DNA of 58,673 nt from Minisyncoccota bacterium (GCA_018062445.1 JAGOSG010000002.1:1-58673); one strand, 5' to 3'. Shown: positions 37,955 to 46,908, counted from the stretch's first letter. The notes: generated by a model from the sequence alone, not told the origin. Numbers and translations are program-made.

Positions 37955-38000
37955 CCCTCCCTATGTATCACTGTAGTACTACAGTGATACATAGGGAGGG
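37955..38000. repeat. 46-bp perfect loop-less palindrome
   Basis: ccctccctatgtatcactgtagt|actacagtgatacatagggaggg. Confidence 0.85.
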
Positions 38001-38095
38001 AAAACAAACAACGAAATGGCAACAAAATCTAATAAAAAATCCACATCTATCTGTGGTTATTCTGCATCAGTGTGCCGTGTGCTGAAAGCGTATGT

Positions 38096-39148
38096 TTAAT
38101 CTTCAAAAACTTTCGCGAGGGAGTGCGGATTGTTTTCTTTGACTGATGCACCTGAAACTACCATGAACTGCACTTTCTTTTCAAAATCAGAAAGTTTTTT
38201 GGCGCCAACATATCCCATAGAAACTCGAATGCCTCCAACAAGTTTTGAAACAACATCTTCAAGCGTACCTGCGTAGGGCACCAATGCTGAAACACCTTCA
38301 GGGACAATACCTTTTGAAGTGCCGAGATAGCGATCATTTGCTTTTCCTTTTTTCAAAACCGCCATTGAACCCATACCTCGGTATTCTTTAAATTTCTTTC
38401 CGCCAACAGTAACCATTTTCCCCGGTGCGGCGTCAGTACCCGCAAGAGTGTTGCCGAGCATGACGGCAGATGCACCAGCACCCAAAGCTTTTGCAATATC
38501 TCCAGACATACGAATACCACCATCAGCAATAACTGGGACTCCGAATTTTTTTGCAACTGAAACTACTTCCATGATTGCGGAAAGCTGTGGCACACCAACA
38601 CCAGAAACAATGCGTGTTGTACAAATTGAACCAGGGCCGATACCAACCTTAATTCCATCTGCAAATTTGACCAGCTCGAGAGCTGCTTCTTTTGTGGCAA
38701 TGTTTCCGACGAGAAGTGGTGTTTTGCCTATAGCTTTCTTTATTTTTCTGGCACCCGCAACCACATTCATATTGTGACCGTGTGCTGAGTCAACAGCAAT
38801 CACATCGGCTCCTGCTTTTTTTAGTGCAATAGCTCGCTCCAAATCAAACGCGCTACATGCCGCACCAACCCGCACACCTGCCTTCTTAACTTCTTTCACC
38901 ATACGAACTTCTTCTTCCAATGTATTTGAACGATGAATGATTCCTAAACCTCCGAGTTTGCCAAGAGCGATCGCCATTTTAGTTTCTGTCACTTTATCCA
39001 TCGCAGCAGAAATGATTGGTATGGTAAGAAAAAAACCACGAGCAATCGCGGTCTCTACATTTGCTTCGCGCGGCTCAACAGAACTTCGAGCAGGCCGAAT
39101 CAAGACATCATCGAAAGTAAGAAACTTCCCTGTGTGTACTTTCCCCAT
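38096..39148 (-). CDS. guaB: IMP dehydrogenase (CBS-less)
   Basis: LTFDDVLIRP, PIISAAMDKVT, DSAHGH, KVGIGPGSICTTR, YRGMGS, PEGV. Confidence 0.92.
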   Translation of the reverse strand: MGKVHTGKFLTFDDVLIRPARSSVEPREANVETAIARGFFLTIPIISAAMDKVTETKMAIALGKLGGLGIIHRSNTLEEEVRMVKEVKKAGVRVGAACSAFDLERAIALKKAGADVIAVDSAHGHNMNVVAGARKIKKAIGKTPLLVGNIATKEAALELVKFADGIKVGIGPGSICTTRIVSGVGVPQLSAIMEVVSVAKKFGVPVIADGGIRMSGDIAKALGAGASAVMLGNTLAGTDAAPGKMVTVGGKKFKEYRGMGSMAVLKKGKANDRYLGTSKGIVPEGVSALVPYAGTLEDVVSKLVGGIRVSMGYVGAKKLSDFEKKVQFMVVSGASVKENNPHSLAKVFED

Positions 39149-39215
39149 GCCTCAGGATACCATAATTGGCACAGGGTCGCCAAGTAGTAAGGTTTAGGTG
39201 GAAAACACACAAAAT

Positions 39216-39812
39216 ATGAATACAAAAACACCTAAAAATATAGCCGTCTTTGTGTCAGGGACGGGCTCTAATTTTGAAGCCATGCTGGATAAGCATATTC
39301 CTGTAAAACTAGTCGTTGCTGACCGTCCATGCAAAGCGCTCGATAGAGCGAAAGAAGTGGGAATCCCCACAGAACTAATAGAGCGCAAAAACTTTGGCGT
39401 TACCTTCGACAGAGGGCTGTACACACAAAAAATTCTAGAAGTACTTCGTACGAACGACATTCATCTTGTTGCCATGGCAGGATTTATGACCATTCTTGGA
39501 GAGTCTCTTTTTACTGAATACGACGGATTCATTCTTAATACACACCCTTCTCTACTTCCCCTCTTTAAAGGCGACCATGCGGTGAGAGATGCACTTGGAG
39601 CTGGAGCAAAAGAAACAGGATGCACCATCCACATCGCAACAGCGCGTCTCGACGATGGCCCCATACTTGCACAAAGGAGTGTTCCAATACTTCCAAACGA
39701 CACCACGGAAACCCTTCATGAGAGAATCAAGATTGAGGAACGAGCTCTCTACCCTGAGGTATTAAAGAACATACTTTCCGGTAACCTTGTCCTTCCTCAA
39801 CCAGTAGTTTAG
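39216..39812 (+). CDS. purN: Phosphoribosylglycinamide formyltransferase
   Basis: IAVFVSGTGSNF, AGFMTIL, NTHPSLLP, GCTIH, LDDGPILAQ. Confidence 0.92.
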   Translation: MNTKTPKNIAVFVSGTGSNFEAMLDKHIPVKLVVADRPCKALDRAKEVGIPTELIERKNFGVTFDRGLYTQKILEVLRTNDIHLVAMAGFMTILGESLFTEYDGFILNTHPSLLPLFKGDHAVRDALGAGAKETGCTIHIATARLDDGPILAQRSVPILPNDTTETLHERIKIEERALYPEVLKNILSGNLVLPQPVV

Positions 39813-39930
39813 AATAGGGTTTGACTAGCGACGTAGAGTGAGAGAAATACAAAAGTACGCTTTTGGATTTCCGAACCGAGGACGCTAGAAAGGATTGGCG
39901 GGATTCCCCGACACATCCTTACAACTGAAT

Positions 39931-40024
39931 ACGTATCAAGAGTGTGAGGAGGCATCTGGGCCTATGATTCACCAGCAACTTGTCGAAAGATAAAGTGCTA
40001 CCAGCCCTTCGGGGAAAGATATCT
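39931..40024 (+). ncRNA. SAM-I riboswitch aptamer upstream of metK
   Basis: TATCAAGAG...GGAGGCATCTGGGCCTATGA...CCAGCAAC...GTGCTA...GAAAGAT matches the SAM-I consensus; P3 acttgtc-gaaa-gataaagt, P4 ccc-ttcg-ggg. Confidence 0.85.
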
Positions 40025-40029
40025 TAAAC

Positions 40030-40064
40030 AAAATCTTTCCTTAATAGGGAAAGATTTTTTATTT
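40030..40064 (+). terminator. Intrinsic terminator forming the riboswitch expression platform
   Basis: aaaatctttcc-ttaatag-ggaaagatttt followed by a U-tract. Confidence 0.8.
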
Positions 40065-40090
40065 ATTATCCACCAACTAAAAAATAATTT

Positions 40091-41143
40091 ATGCTTCACT
40101 TACTTAAGACATACACAACCGAGAGCGTTACCGCAGGACATCCCGACAAAGTCTGCGATCAAATATCAGATGCCATTTTAGATGCATGCTTAACGCAGGA
40201 TCCAACGAGTCGAGTCGCCGTTGAATCCTTCGGCAGTCATGGGTACATGATGCTTGGTGGTGAAGTACGCACAAAGGCGACTATTGATTACGCAGGTATT
40301 GCAAAACAGGTATATACAGATATTGGCTACACAGAACCATTAGACATTCTTGAACACATCGCAAAACAATCTGGAGATATCGCGATGGGGGTGGACACCG
40401 GTGGCGCAGGCGACCAAGGCATCATGTATGGTTATGCCACGAATGAAACAAAAGAAATGCTCCCGCTCGGTGTTGTACTTTCACATGCACTCGCACGACG
40501 CCTTGAAGCACTCCGCCGCGGAGGCACACTTCCATGGGCACGGCCTGACGGAAAGACACAAGTCACTATTTCAAACGGAAAAGTAATTACTGCACTCACT
40601 TCAACTCAACACACAGCAGATGTTTCTCAAGAAGAAATCCGCACGAAACTCATTGAGCATTTATTCGGGCCGGTCCTCGGAGATTTGTCTGGAATTGAAA
40701 TATTGGTAAATCCAACAGGTCAATTTATTCAGGGAGGCTTTGAGGCAGACGCAGGACTCACTGGACGAAAAATAATGGTGGACACCTATGGAGGCCTCAT
40801 GCCACACGGAGGCGGAGCTTTCTCAGGAAAAGACGCCACGAAAGTTGACCGTTCGGCCGCATACATGTGCCGATTTGCTGCAAAGAATCTCGTTGCAAAT
40901 GGCTACGGAACTAAAGTATTAGTCTCAGTCGCCTATGCTATTGGCCGTGTGGAGCCGGTGATGGTAGAAGCCTTCGATGATTCTGGAAAAGATTTAAGTG
41001 AGATTGTACAGAAAAATTTTGACTTCCGTCCACGAGCAATCATCGAGCGCCTCGGTCTCACCCGCCCTATCTTCCAACAGACAGCGGCATATGGACACTT
41101 CGGAGTTGAAGGTAGACCGTGGGAAAATATTGAGAAGATTTAA
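40091..41143 (+). CDS. metK: S-adenosylmethionine synthetase
   Basis: TTESVTAGHPDKVCDQISD, GAGDQG, DAGLTGRKIMVDTYGG, GGGAFSGKD. Confidence 0.96.
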   Translation: MLHLLKTYTTESVTAGHPDKVCDQISDAILDACLTQDPTSRVAVESFGSHGYMMLGGEVRTKATIDYAGIAKQVYTDIGYTEPLDILEHIAKQSGDIAMGVDTGGAGDQGIMYGYATNETKEMLPLGVVLSHALARRLEALRRGGTLPWARPDGKTQVTISNGKVITALTSTQHTADVSQEEIRTKLIEHLFGPVLGDLSGIEILVNPTGQFIQGGFEADAGLTGRKIMVDTYGGLMPHGGGAFSGKDATKVDRSAAYMCRFAAKNLVANGYGTKVLVSVAYAIGRVEPVMVEAFDDSGKDLSEIVQKNFDFRPRAIIERLGLTRPIFQQTAAYGHFGVEGRPWENIEKI

Positions 41144-41160
41144 AAAGTATCGTACCTAAA

Positions 41161-41200
41161 ATAAAAAATCCCTCGTCGTATACGACGAGGGATTTTTTAT
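41161..41200. terminator. Bidirectional terminator between convergent metK and pilin genes
   Basis: Perfect 40-bp palindrome ataaaaaatccctcgtcgta|tacgacgagggattttttat. Confidence 0.85.
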
Positions 41201-41208
41201 TAAAAACA

Positions 41209-41673
41209 TTACGGCTTCACATCAAACATGGGGTCAGTCCCCGTAAAGTCATTTGAAGAGCCTGTGCATTTTGAACCTGCAGTGGCATCATTATCGCTAC
41301 CTAATACCTGATTGGTACTGTCCTCTAGCGTAGCTCCAAGATGATAGCTCGAGCATAGAGCGCCAACACCGAGTCCTGCGTACCGATAGAAAATGGGAGA
41401 AGATGCGGTGCCGGAAGGATCTGTAGGAAGAACGGCAATATAGGTTGGCACGAGACCATTCAGTGTTGTTGGATACGAAGACGAATTCGCATTTGCATAC
41501 GCACCAAGTGCGATTTGTAACTGCCTAATATCTGAAGTACGACGCGAGTCGCGAGACTTTATTCGAACAACACTAAGTGATGCTAAAACCACCGATGCAA
41601 GAATGCCGAAGATTGCAATGACAATAAGAAGTTCAATGAGAGTAAACCCTTTATGTGATTTAAATGAAACCAT
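41209..41673 (-). CDS. Type IV pilin/pseudopilin
   Basis: KGFTLIELLIVIAIFGILASVV prepilin cleavage motif, SRDSRRTSDIRQ, C-terminal Cys pair. Confidence 0.92.
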   Translation of the reverse strand: MVSFKSHKGFTLIELLIVIAIFGILASVVLASLSVVRIKSRDSRRTSDIRQLQIALGAYANANSSSYPTTLNGLVPTYIAVLPTDPSGTASSPIFYRYAGLGVGALCSSYHLGATLEDSTNQVLGSDNDATAGSKCTGSSNDFTGTDPMFDVKP

Positions 41674-41721
41674 ACTACTCTAGAGTAACAGACTCTTAAG
41701 CTTGAAAAACTAGCGGGGAGG

Positions 41722-41958
41722 TTAGAAAAATTTAAAACGAGAATCTTTACCTGAACCTCCACACGCAGAACATGCGCCCGGCGGAACAGTACGCCCACCT
41801 GAACTTGGAGAACATTCTATACACACTTCAACAGAACCCCGCCTTTGACCATGGTTACAATTCAGACGGCAATCACCGCTACCCTTACACAATCCACATA
41901 TCCTTTCAGCTAAAGAGGTCAGTACTGCGTAAGGTTTTGTCTCAAGACTCCCATCCAT
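41722..41958 (-). CDS. Small DnaJ-type zinc-finger-like protein
   Basis: CGLCKGSG, CRLNC, CIECSPSSG, CSACGGSG; starts 7 bp after the pyrG stop. Confidence 0.6.
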   Translation of the reverse strand: MDGSLETKPYAVLTSLAERICGLCKGSGDCRLNCNHGQRRGSVEVCIECSPSSGGRTVPPGACSACGGSGKDSRFKFF

Positions 41959-41965
41959 CTCGGCA

Positions 41966-43663
41966 TTAAATCACAGTGTCTTTCCGTACGCACGCCTTCA
42001 AAAAAGCAGTGAAAAGTGGATGTGGCGCCAGAGGCCGTGCCTGTAATTCAGGATGAAATTGAGTACCTAACATGAATGGATGAACATCGCGAGGCAGTTC
42101 TGCTATTTCCATCAAAATACCTGAAGGAGAGACTCCTGAAAACACCACACCTCCCTCTTCAAACTGCCGAACGTACTCTGGATTAACCTCGTAACGATGA
42201 CGGTGACGCTCTTCTACACTCTCCATAGCATATGCATCTCCCGCAATAGTGCCCTTCTTTAGGAGGGCAGGATACACACCGAGACGCATAGTCGCACCAT
42301 AATCTTCATTTGCAAGAATTGCTTTTTGTTCTGGGAGAATATCAATGACTGGATGAGTTGGATTCGAGTCAATTTCTGTCGTGTGAGACCCTGGTAGTTT
42401 CAAAACATTTCGAGCGTATTCAATAAGCATTAATTGCATACCGTAGCAAAGGCCGAAATAAGGAATTTTCTTTTCGCGCGCATATTGTATTGCCAAAATC
42501 TTTCCTTCAATACCAGTTTCCCCAAAACCTCCCGGCACAATAATTCCGTTGTATTTATTCAAAGCGGAAACAGATTTCGGATTTTTCTGAAAATCTTTTG
42601 CATTGACCCAAGTAATCTCTACGCGTGCGCCCACAGCGGCGGCCGAGAATTTTATTGCTTCTATAACAGAAAGATACGCATCTGAAAGTACAAAGTCACC
42701 TGTATCAAAATATTTACCAACAATTGCTATTTTTACTTCCTTCTTTGCATTTTTTATCTTCGAGACAAAATTTTGCCAATCAGCTAAACCTGTTGCTGGT
42801 TTCTTAGGAAGTCGTAGCGCTTTTAAAAGCATTTCCCCTATTTTCTCCCGTTCAAAATTCAACGGCACATCATAGATGGATTCAACGTCAGGAGCTGAAA
42901 TAATGTGATCAGCTGAAACATTGGAACTAATGGCAATCTTTTCTTTGCGCCTTTGATCTAACTTCTGCGAAGAACGCGCAATTATTATATTCGCCTGTAC
43001 TCCGTATGAGTTGAGTTGCTGGACGGCATTTTGCGTTGGACGAGTTTTCATTTCACCTAACGCACCTGGAACTGGTAGATAAGAAACAAGAATAAACAAA
43101 ACATCATCTGGATGTTCAAGTTTCAACACACGAGCAGCTTCTATGAAAAGAGCATTCTGGAAATCGCCCACGGTACCTCCAATTTCGATAACTGAAATAT
43201 CGGATCCATTTTGTTCAGATGCAAGACGGATGCGACGAATAATTTCATCGCGCACATGTGGAATTGCCTCTACACATTTACCTTTGTACCCAAGATTTCG
43301 CTCTTTCTCCAAAACACTCTGATACACCATTCCGCTCGTCATGTAATCCTCCTGATTTAGAGAGACATTCAAGAACCTTTCGTAGTTCCCCATATCCTGA
43401 TCAGTCTCAAGACCTGAGCGAAGTACGAACACTTCACCGTGCTCGGTTGGATTCATTGTTCCAGCATCAATATTTAAATAGGGATCAACCTTTACGGCAT
43501 TCACCTTGTACCCCTTACTTTGCAAAATGAGTGCAACTGAAGATGTGGCAATACCTTTACCAACACCACTCATCACACCACCGATGACAAAGATGTATTT
43601 ATGACGCTTCTTTTTTGAGGGGGCTGGGCCCGATCTTTTTTTAGTTGATCGAGCGTCTTCCAT
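41966..43663 (-). CDS. pyrG: CTP synthase
   Basis: KYIFVIGGVMSGVGKG, DPYLNIDAGTMNPTEHGEVF, GLCYGMQ, RHRHRYEVN, QFHPE. Confidence 0.97.
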   Translation of the reverse strand: MEDARSTKKRSGPAPSKKKRHKYIFVIGGVMSGVGKGIATSSVALILQSKGYKVNAVKVDPYLNIDAGTMNPTEHGEVFVLRSGLETDQDMGNYERFLNVSLNQEDYMTSGMVYQSVLEKERNLGYKGKCVEAIPHVRDEIIRRIRLASEQNGSDISVIEIGGTVGDFQNALFIEAARVLKLEHPDDVLFILVSYLPVPGALGEMKTRPTQNAVQQLNSYGVQANIIIARSSQKLDQRRKEKIAISSNVSADHIISAPDVESIYDVPLNFEREKIGEMLLKALRLPKKPATGLADWQNFVSKIKNAKKEVKIAIVGKYFDTGDFVLSDAYLSVIEAIKFSAAAVGARVEITWVNAKDFQKNPKSVSALNKYNGIIVPGGFGETGIEGKILAIQYAREKKIPYFGLCYGMQLMLIEYARNVLKLPGSHTTEIDSNPTHPVIDILPEQKAILANEDYGATMRLGVYPALLKKGTIAGDAYAMESVEERHRHRYEVNPEYVRQFEEGGVVFSGVSPSGILMEIAELPRDVHPFMLGTQFHPELQARPLAPHPLFTAFLKACVRKDTVI

Positions 43664-43684
43664 ATCGGATTAGAATAACACAAC

Positions 43685-43762
43685 AAGCTGTCAGGTTCCA
43701 GCTTTCAGCTGCCAGCTTTTTGACTTCAAAGCTGAAACCTGGCAGCCGACAGCTGGAAGCTT
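43685..43762. repeat. Head-to-head heptamer tracts (NAGCTNN) between ftsX and pyrG
   Basis: aagctgt caggttc cagcttt cagctgc cagcttt ... aagctg aaacctg gcagccg acagctg gaagct. Confidence 0.7.
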
Positions 43763-44681
43763 AGACAGACAGGTACTTCCTCACCGCAAGAAAAGCAGAT
43801 AGAGCACCAAGAAATGCACCTGCTGAGATAAGGACAATGAAAAACACGGGGAAAGCACCTAGGTAATGCGAAAAGATATCGGCACCAAACATTTTTTGAG
43901 CTGGCGCCTTTAAGAACCATGCGAGTGGGAAAAATGTAATTAATGCAATAAGACCTGAAACAACACCGTACAAGGTGCCCTCCACCACAAACGGACCTCT
44001 AATGTACATGTTTGACGCACCCACAAGACGCATCACTGATATTTCCTCGCGAGCAGTATAAATAGCCAATCTAATAGTGTTAAATGTAATCAATATTGAA
44101 GCCAACGAAAAGATAAAGATCATAAACCAACCAAACTGTTGAACATAGGTGGTTAGATTCCCCAACTGTGTAATGACTGTTTTATTCTGTGCATAGTTCA
44201 CAGAACTAATAAACGGTTTGCCATTGGAATCGTTCAGGTGATCATTAAGAAATAACGCGATAGCTTCATACTGTGAAGGTTGTTTTGCCTTGATAGCAAG
44301 CGCGGCACCAAATGGATTAGAGCTCAATTCATCAAGAGCTTGCAGGGTTAATTGATCATCCTCGTGACGAAGACGGAACTCTGCTATTGCATCATCCCTC
44401 GATGTGTAAGTAACATAGGCAACCTCAGGAATATTTTGCAGTACTGTTTTAAAATCAAAAATCGATTGTTCTGAGGCTGACGTTACAAAATATACATTTA
44501 CATCAACTTTATCTTTCACATAGGTGACAAATTCACCAACAAGTGTATTCAAAAACATCAACGAACCGATGATGATTAAAGTCATTGTCATCACAAAAAT
44601 AGATGCAAGCGAAACAAAACTATTTCGCATCACATTCACTGATCCTGCACGCAATACTCTTCTGATATTAGTCCACAACAT
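43761..44681 (-). CDS. ftsX: Cell division permease FtsX
   Basis: SFVSLASIFVMTMTL, NTIRLAIYTAREEISVMRLVGAS, YIRGPFVVEG. Confidence 0.93.
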   Translation of the reverse strand: MLWTNIRRVLRAGSVNVMRNSFVSLASIFVMTMTLIIIGSLMFLNTLVGEFVTYVKDKVDVNVYFVTSASEQSIFDFKTVLQNIPEVAYVTYTSRDDAIAEFRLRHEDDQLTLQALDELSSNPFGAALAIKAKQPSQYEAIALFLNDHLNDSNGKPFISSVNYAQNKTVITQLGNLTTYVQQFGWFMIFIFSLASILITFNTIRLAIYTAREEISVMRLVGASNMYIRGPFVVEGTLYGVVSGLIALITFFPLAWFLKAPAQKMFGADIFSHYLGAFPVFFIVLISAGAFLGALSAFLAVRKYLSV

Positions 44682-44725
44682 GATTAGTTTTTGTTATCGA
44701 GGATTACGAGATTAGAAAAACTTTC

Positions 44726-44780
44726 ACCCTGTTAAATACGTTGCTCGGCAACGTCCCGCGAAGCGCGGATTTAACAGGGT
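44726..44780. repeat. Y-shaped REP-like element
   Basis: 12-bp outer stem accctgttaaat/atttaacagggt enclosing acgttgc-tcg-gcaacgt and ccgcg-aag-cgcgg. Confidence 0.7.
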
Positions 44781-44814
44781 CTAATAAAGTGTAACTCATT
44801 TCATTCATAACACT

Positions 44815-45495
44815 TTATAAGACATACCTCCCTTCTTTATCATCTCTTACCACATGTCCATTATCCATCGTGATAACCCTCTTCCCAAGTGAATCAACAA
44901 CGCCCTTATTATGACTCGTCAGAATGACGGTCGTACCAAGTTCATTAATACGCTTAAGAATTTCAACCACCTGATAGGTGTTAATAGGATCCAAGTTACC
45001 CGTTGGCTCATCCGCAAGAAGCACCTCTGGCTGATTCACAATCGCGCGCCCGATAGCAACCCGTTGGCGCTCCCCCCCTGAAAGCTCACGGGGGAAATTC
45101 CATGCTTTATCAGCAAGATCTACAAGCTCTAATACATGTGGGACATCTGCGGCAATCTCATCATCACTTCTCCCTGAGGCTTCCATTGCAAATGCCACAT
45201 TTTCATAAGCGGTTTTATTTGGAATCAATCGATAATCCTGAAAAACGGTTCCTATTTTTCTTCGAAGCGTATGAAGTTTATTTTTAGGTATCTTATGAAC
45301 ATCAGTGGATTCAAAAAAGACCACTCCTGAGGAAGGTGTCTCTTCTGCCAAGATCATTTTAAGCAAAGTTGTCTTTCCAGCACCGGCGTGTCCCACAATA
45401 GAGGCAAACTCTTTGGGGCCAAATGATAGTGTCACATCCTCAAGTGCGACAGATTTGTCTTGGTATATTTTGGTAACTTTGTCGAAATAAATCAT
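44815..45495 (-). CDS. ftsE: Cell division ATP-binding protein FtsE
   Basis: GHAGAGKTT, IGTVFQDYRL, LSGGERQRV, LADEPTGNLDP; upstream of ftsX. Confidence 0.93.
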   Translation of the reverse strand: MIYFDKVTKIYQDKSVALEDVTLSFGPKEFASIVGHAGAGKTTLLKMILAEETPSSGVVFFESTDVHKIPKNKLHTLRRKIGTVFQDYRLIPNKTAYENVAFAMEASGRSDDEIAADVPHVLELVDLADKAWNFPRELSGGERQRVAIGRAIVNQPEVLLADEPTGNLDPINTYQVVEILKRINELGTTVILTSHNKGVVDSLGKRVITMDNGHVVRDDKEGRYVL

Positions 45496-45592
45496 TGGAA
45501 GATAGGGGTTAGGCGATGCCTCATCGGTTCCGAAGGGAACATTTAAGGTTTAGTGAAAAACAAAAACAAGGAAAACCCCAAGACACATAATA

Positions 45593-46501
45593 CTACACCT
45601 CTTCACTTGAATCGGAGTCTGCAACTTTTCCAGACTGCATTGCTTGTATGAATGTATCTAATTCACCAGAAAGCACCGCATCAGTGTCATGCATTTCAAC
45701 GCCAGTGCGATGATCCTTCACTAATTTATATGGATGGAGCACATATGAGCGAATCTGACTCCCCCATTCATTCTTCACGGTACCTGCAATTGAAAGTCCT
45801 TTTAACTCACGGGCACGCTTCTCTTCTTCAAGAATAAATAATTTTGCACGCAACAGAGTAAGCGCACGGTCGCGATTTGCAGCTTGAGAGCGTTCGGTAG
45901 AAGCACGCACCGCGAGCCCGGTTTGTTTGTGCACAATGCGTACTGCTGTTTCCCTTTTGTTAACATTCTGCCCCCCTGCCCCACCTGAACGAGAAAATTG
46001 TACTTCTATCTCGTCATCTTTTATTTCTAGCCCTTCTCCTGGTGCAAACTTTGGAACCACTTCCACAAGCGCAAAAGATGTTTGTCGTTTTGCATTCGCA
46101 TTAAAAGGAGAAATGCGTACTAGTCGGTGAACCCCTGCCTCGTGCTTCAAGTTGCCGTATGCACCAGTACCTGCAATCTCACAGGTGACACTTCGAAAAC
46201 CTCCATGGTCATTTTCATTTTCGTCCAAAAATGTTACCGACCACCCTTTCTTTGAAGCATGTCCTTGGTACATGCGAAAAAGAATACCGGCAAAATCTTC
46301 AGCGTCGTCCCCACCAGCACCTGCAAGAATAGATAGTATGGCTGACCCTTTGTCGTAACGAGTAGGCCCCGCAACAATGGCCTCCAAATCTTTCATTTCA
46401 CGAATCATCTTCTGTGCTTTATCCACATCCAGCCAAAAATCAGCGCCTGCCATCGCTGTTTCAATTTCTGTAATACGAGCTTTTGCTTGGTCGGGAGACA
46501 T
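45593..46501 (-). CDS. prfB: Peptide chain release factor 2 (shortened domain 1)
   Basis: AGAGGDDAEDF, HRLVRISPF (SPF), SGGAGGQNVNK (GGQ), WGSQIRSYVLHPY. Confidence 0.9.
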   Translation of the reverse strand: MSPDQAKARITEIETAMAGADFWLDVDKAQKMIREMKDLEAIVAGPTRYDKGSAILSILAGAGGDDAEDFAGILFRMYQGHASKKGWSVTFLDENENDHGGFRSVTCEIAGTGAYGNLKHEAGVHRLVRISPFNANAKRQTSFALVEVVPKFAPGEGLEIKDDEIEVQFSRSGGAGGQNVNKRETAVRIVHKQTGLAVRASTERSQAANRDRALTLLRAKLFILEEEKRARELKGLSIAGTVKNEWGSQIRSYVLHPYKLVKDHRTGVEMHDTDAVLSGELDTFIQAMQSGKVADSDSSEEV

Positions 46502-46507
46502 ATGAAC

Positions 46508-46542
46508 TAGGGTATAGGGTTTAGGGGTTAGGGTCTAGGGGG
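46508..46542. repeat. Heptamer tract (TAGGGNN x5)
   Basis: tagggta tagggtt taggggt tagggtc tagg. Confidence 0.8.
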
Positions 46543-46759
46543 TATCTCGGAGAAATTCAAAACGCGGAACTTCTTTCCCTTCAATTAACACAATTTCATT
46601 AAACATTGAAAGAGGTCTGACCCATAATCGAGACGAAGTATTTTCATACAATGCCTCGTAGACCACCACATCTTCTAAAGTTTCGCTGTGTTTAGCAACA
46701 CCAATTACTCTATACTCCCTACCTTTGTAATGACGGTAAATACCTTTTGCCAAAATCAT
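46535..46759 (-). CDS. DUF1653 family protein
   Basis: GIYRHYKG..Y.V...AKHSETLEDVVVYEALY..LWVRPLSMF. Confidence 0.88.
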   Translation of the reverse strand: MILAKGIYRHYKGREYRVIGVAKHSETLEDVVVYEALYENTSSRLWVRPLSMFNEIVLIEGKEVPRFEFLRDTP

Positions 46760-46761
46760 TT

Positions 46762-46837
46762 TGGAGCCGCCTCCCAGATTTGCACTGGGGACCTATGGTT
46801 TACGATACCATTGCTCTACTAGCTGAGCTAAGGCGGC
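46762..46837 (-). tRNA. tRNA-Thr(CGT)
   Basis: GCCGCCT...AGGCGGC-T-CCA, anticodon arm ATGGT-ATCGTAA-ACCAT. Confidence 0.93.
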
Positions 46838-46908
46838 AAGTCTGACAATCCTAAGCTATTACAGAGCAATATTCAAACAAGCCATCTCCCAATGTTACTA
46901 TTATCCCC

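Noticed and set aside
41161-41200. Perfect 40-bp palindrome as another operator-type site
   Set aside because: A/T tails on both sides and its position between convergent genes are fully explained by a bidirectional terminator.
46508-46542. Telomere-like (TTAGGG) repeat or eukaryotic contamination
   Set aside because: The period is 7, units are degenerate, and the tract is embedded between bacterial genes.
46762-46837. Trailer element at tRNA-Thr(CGT)
   Set aside because: None present; the DUF1653 gene starts 3 bp after the CCA. This shows the elements are optional.
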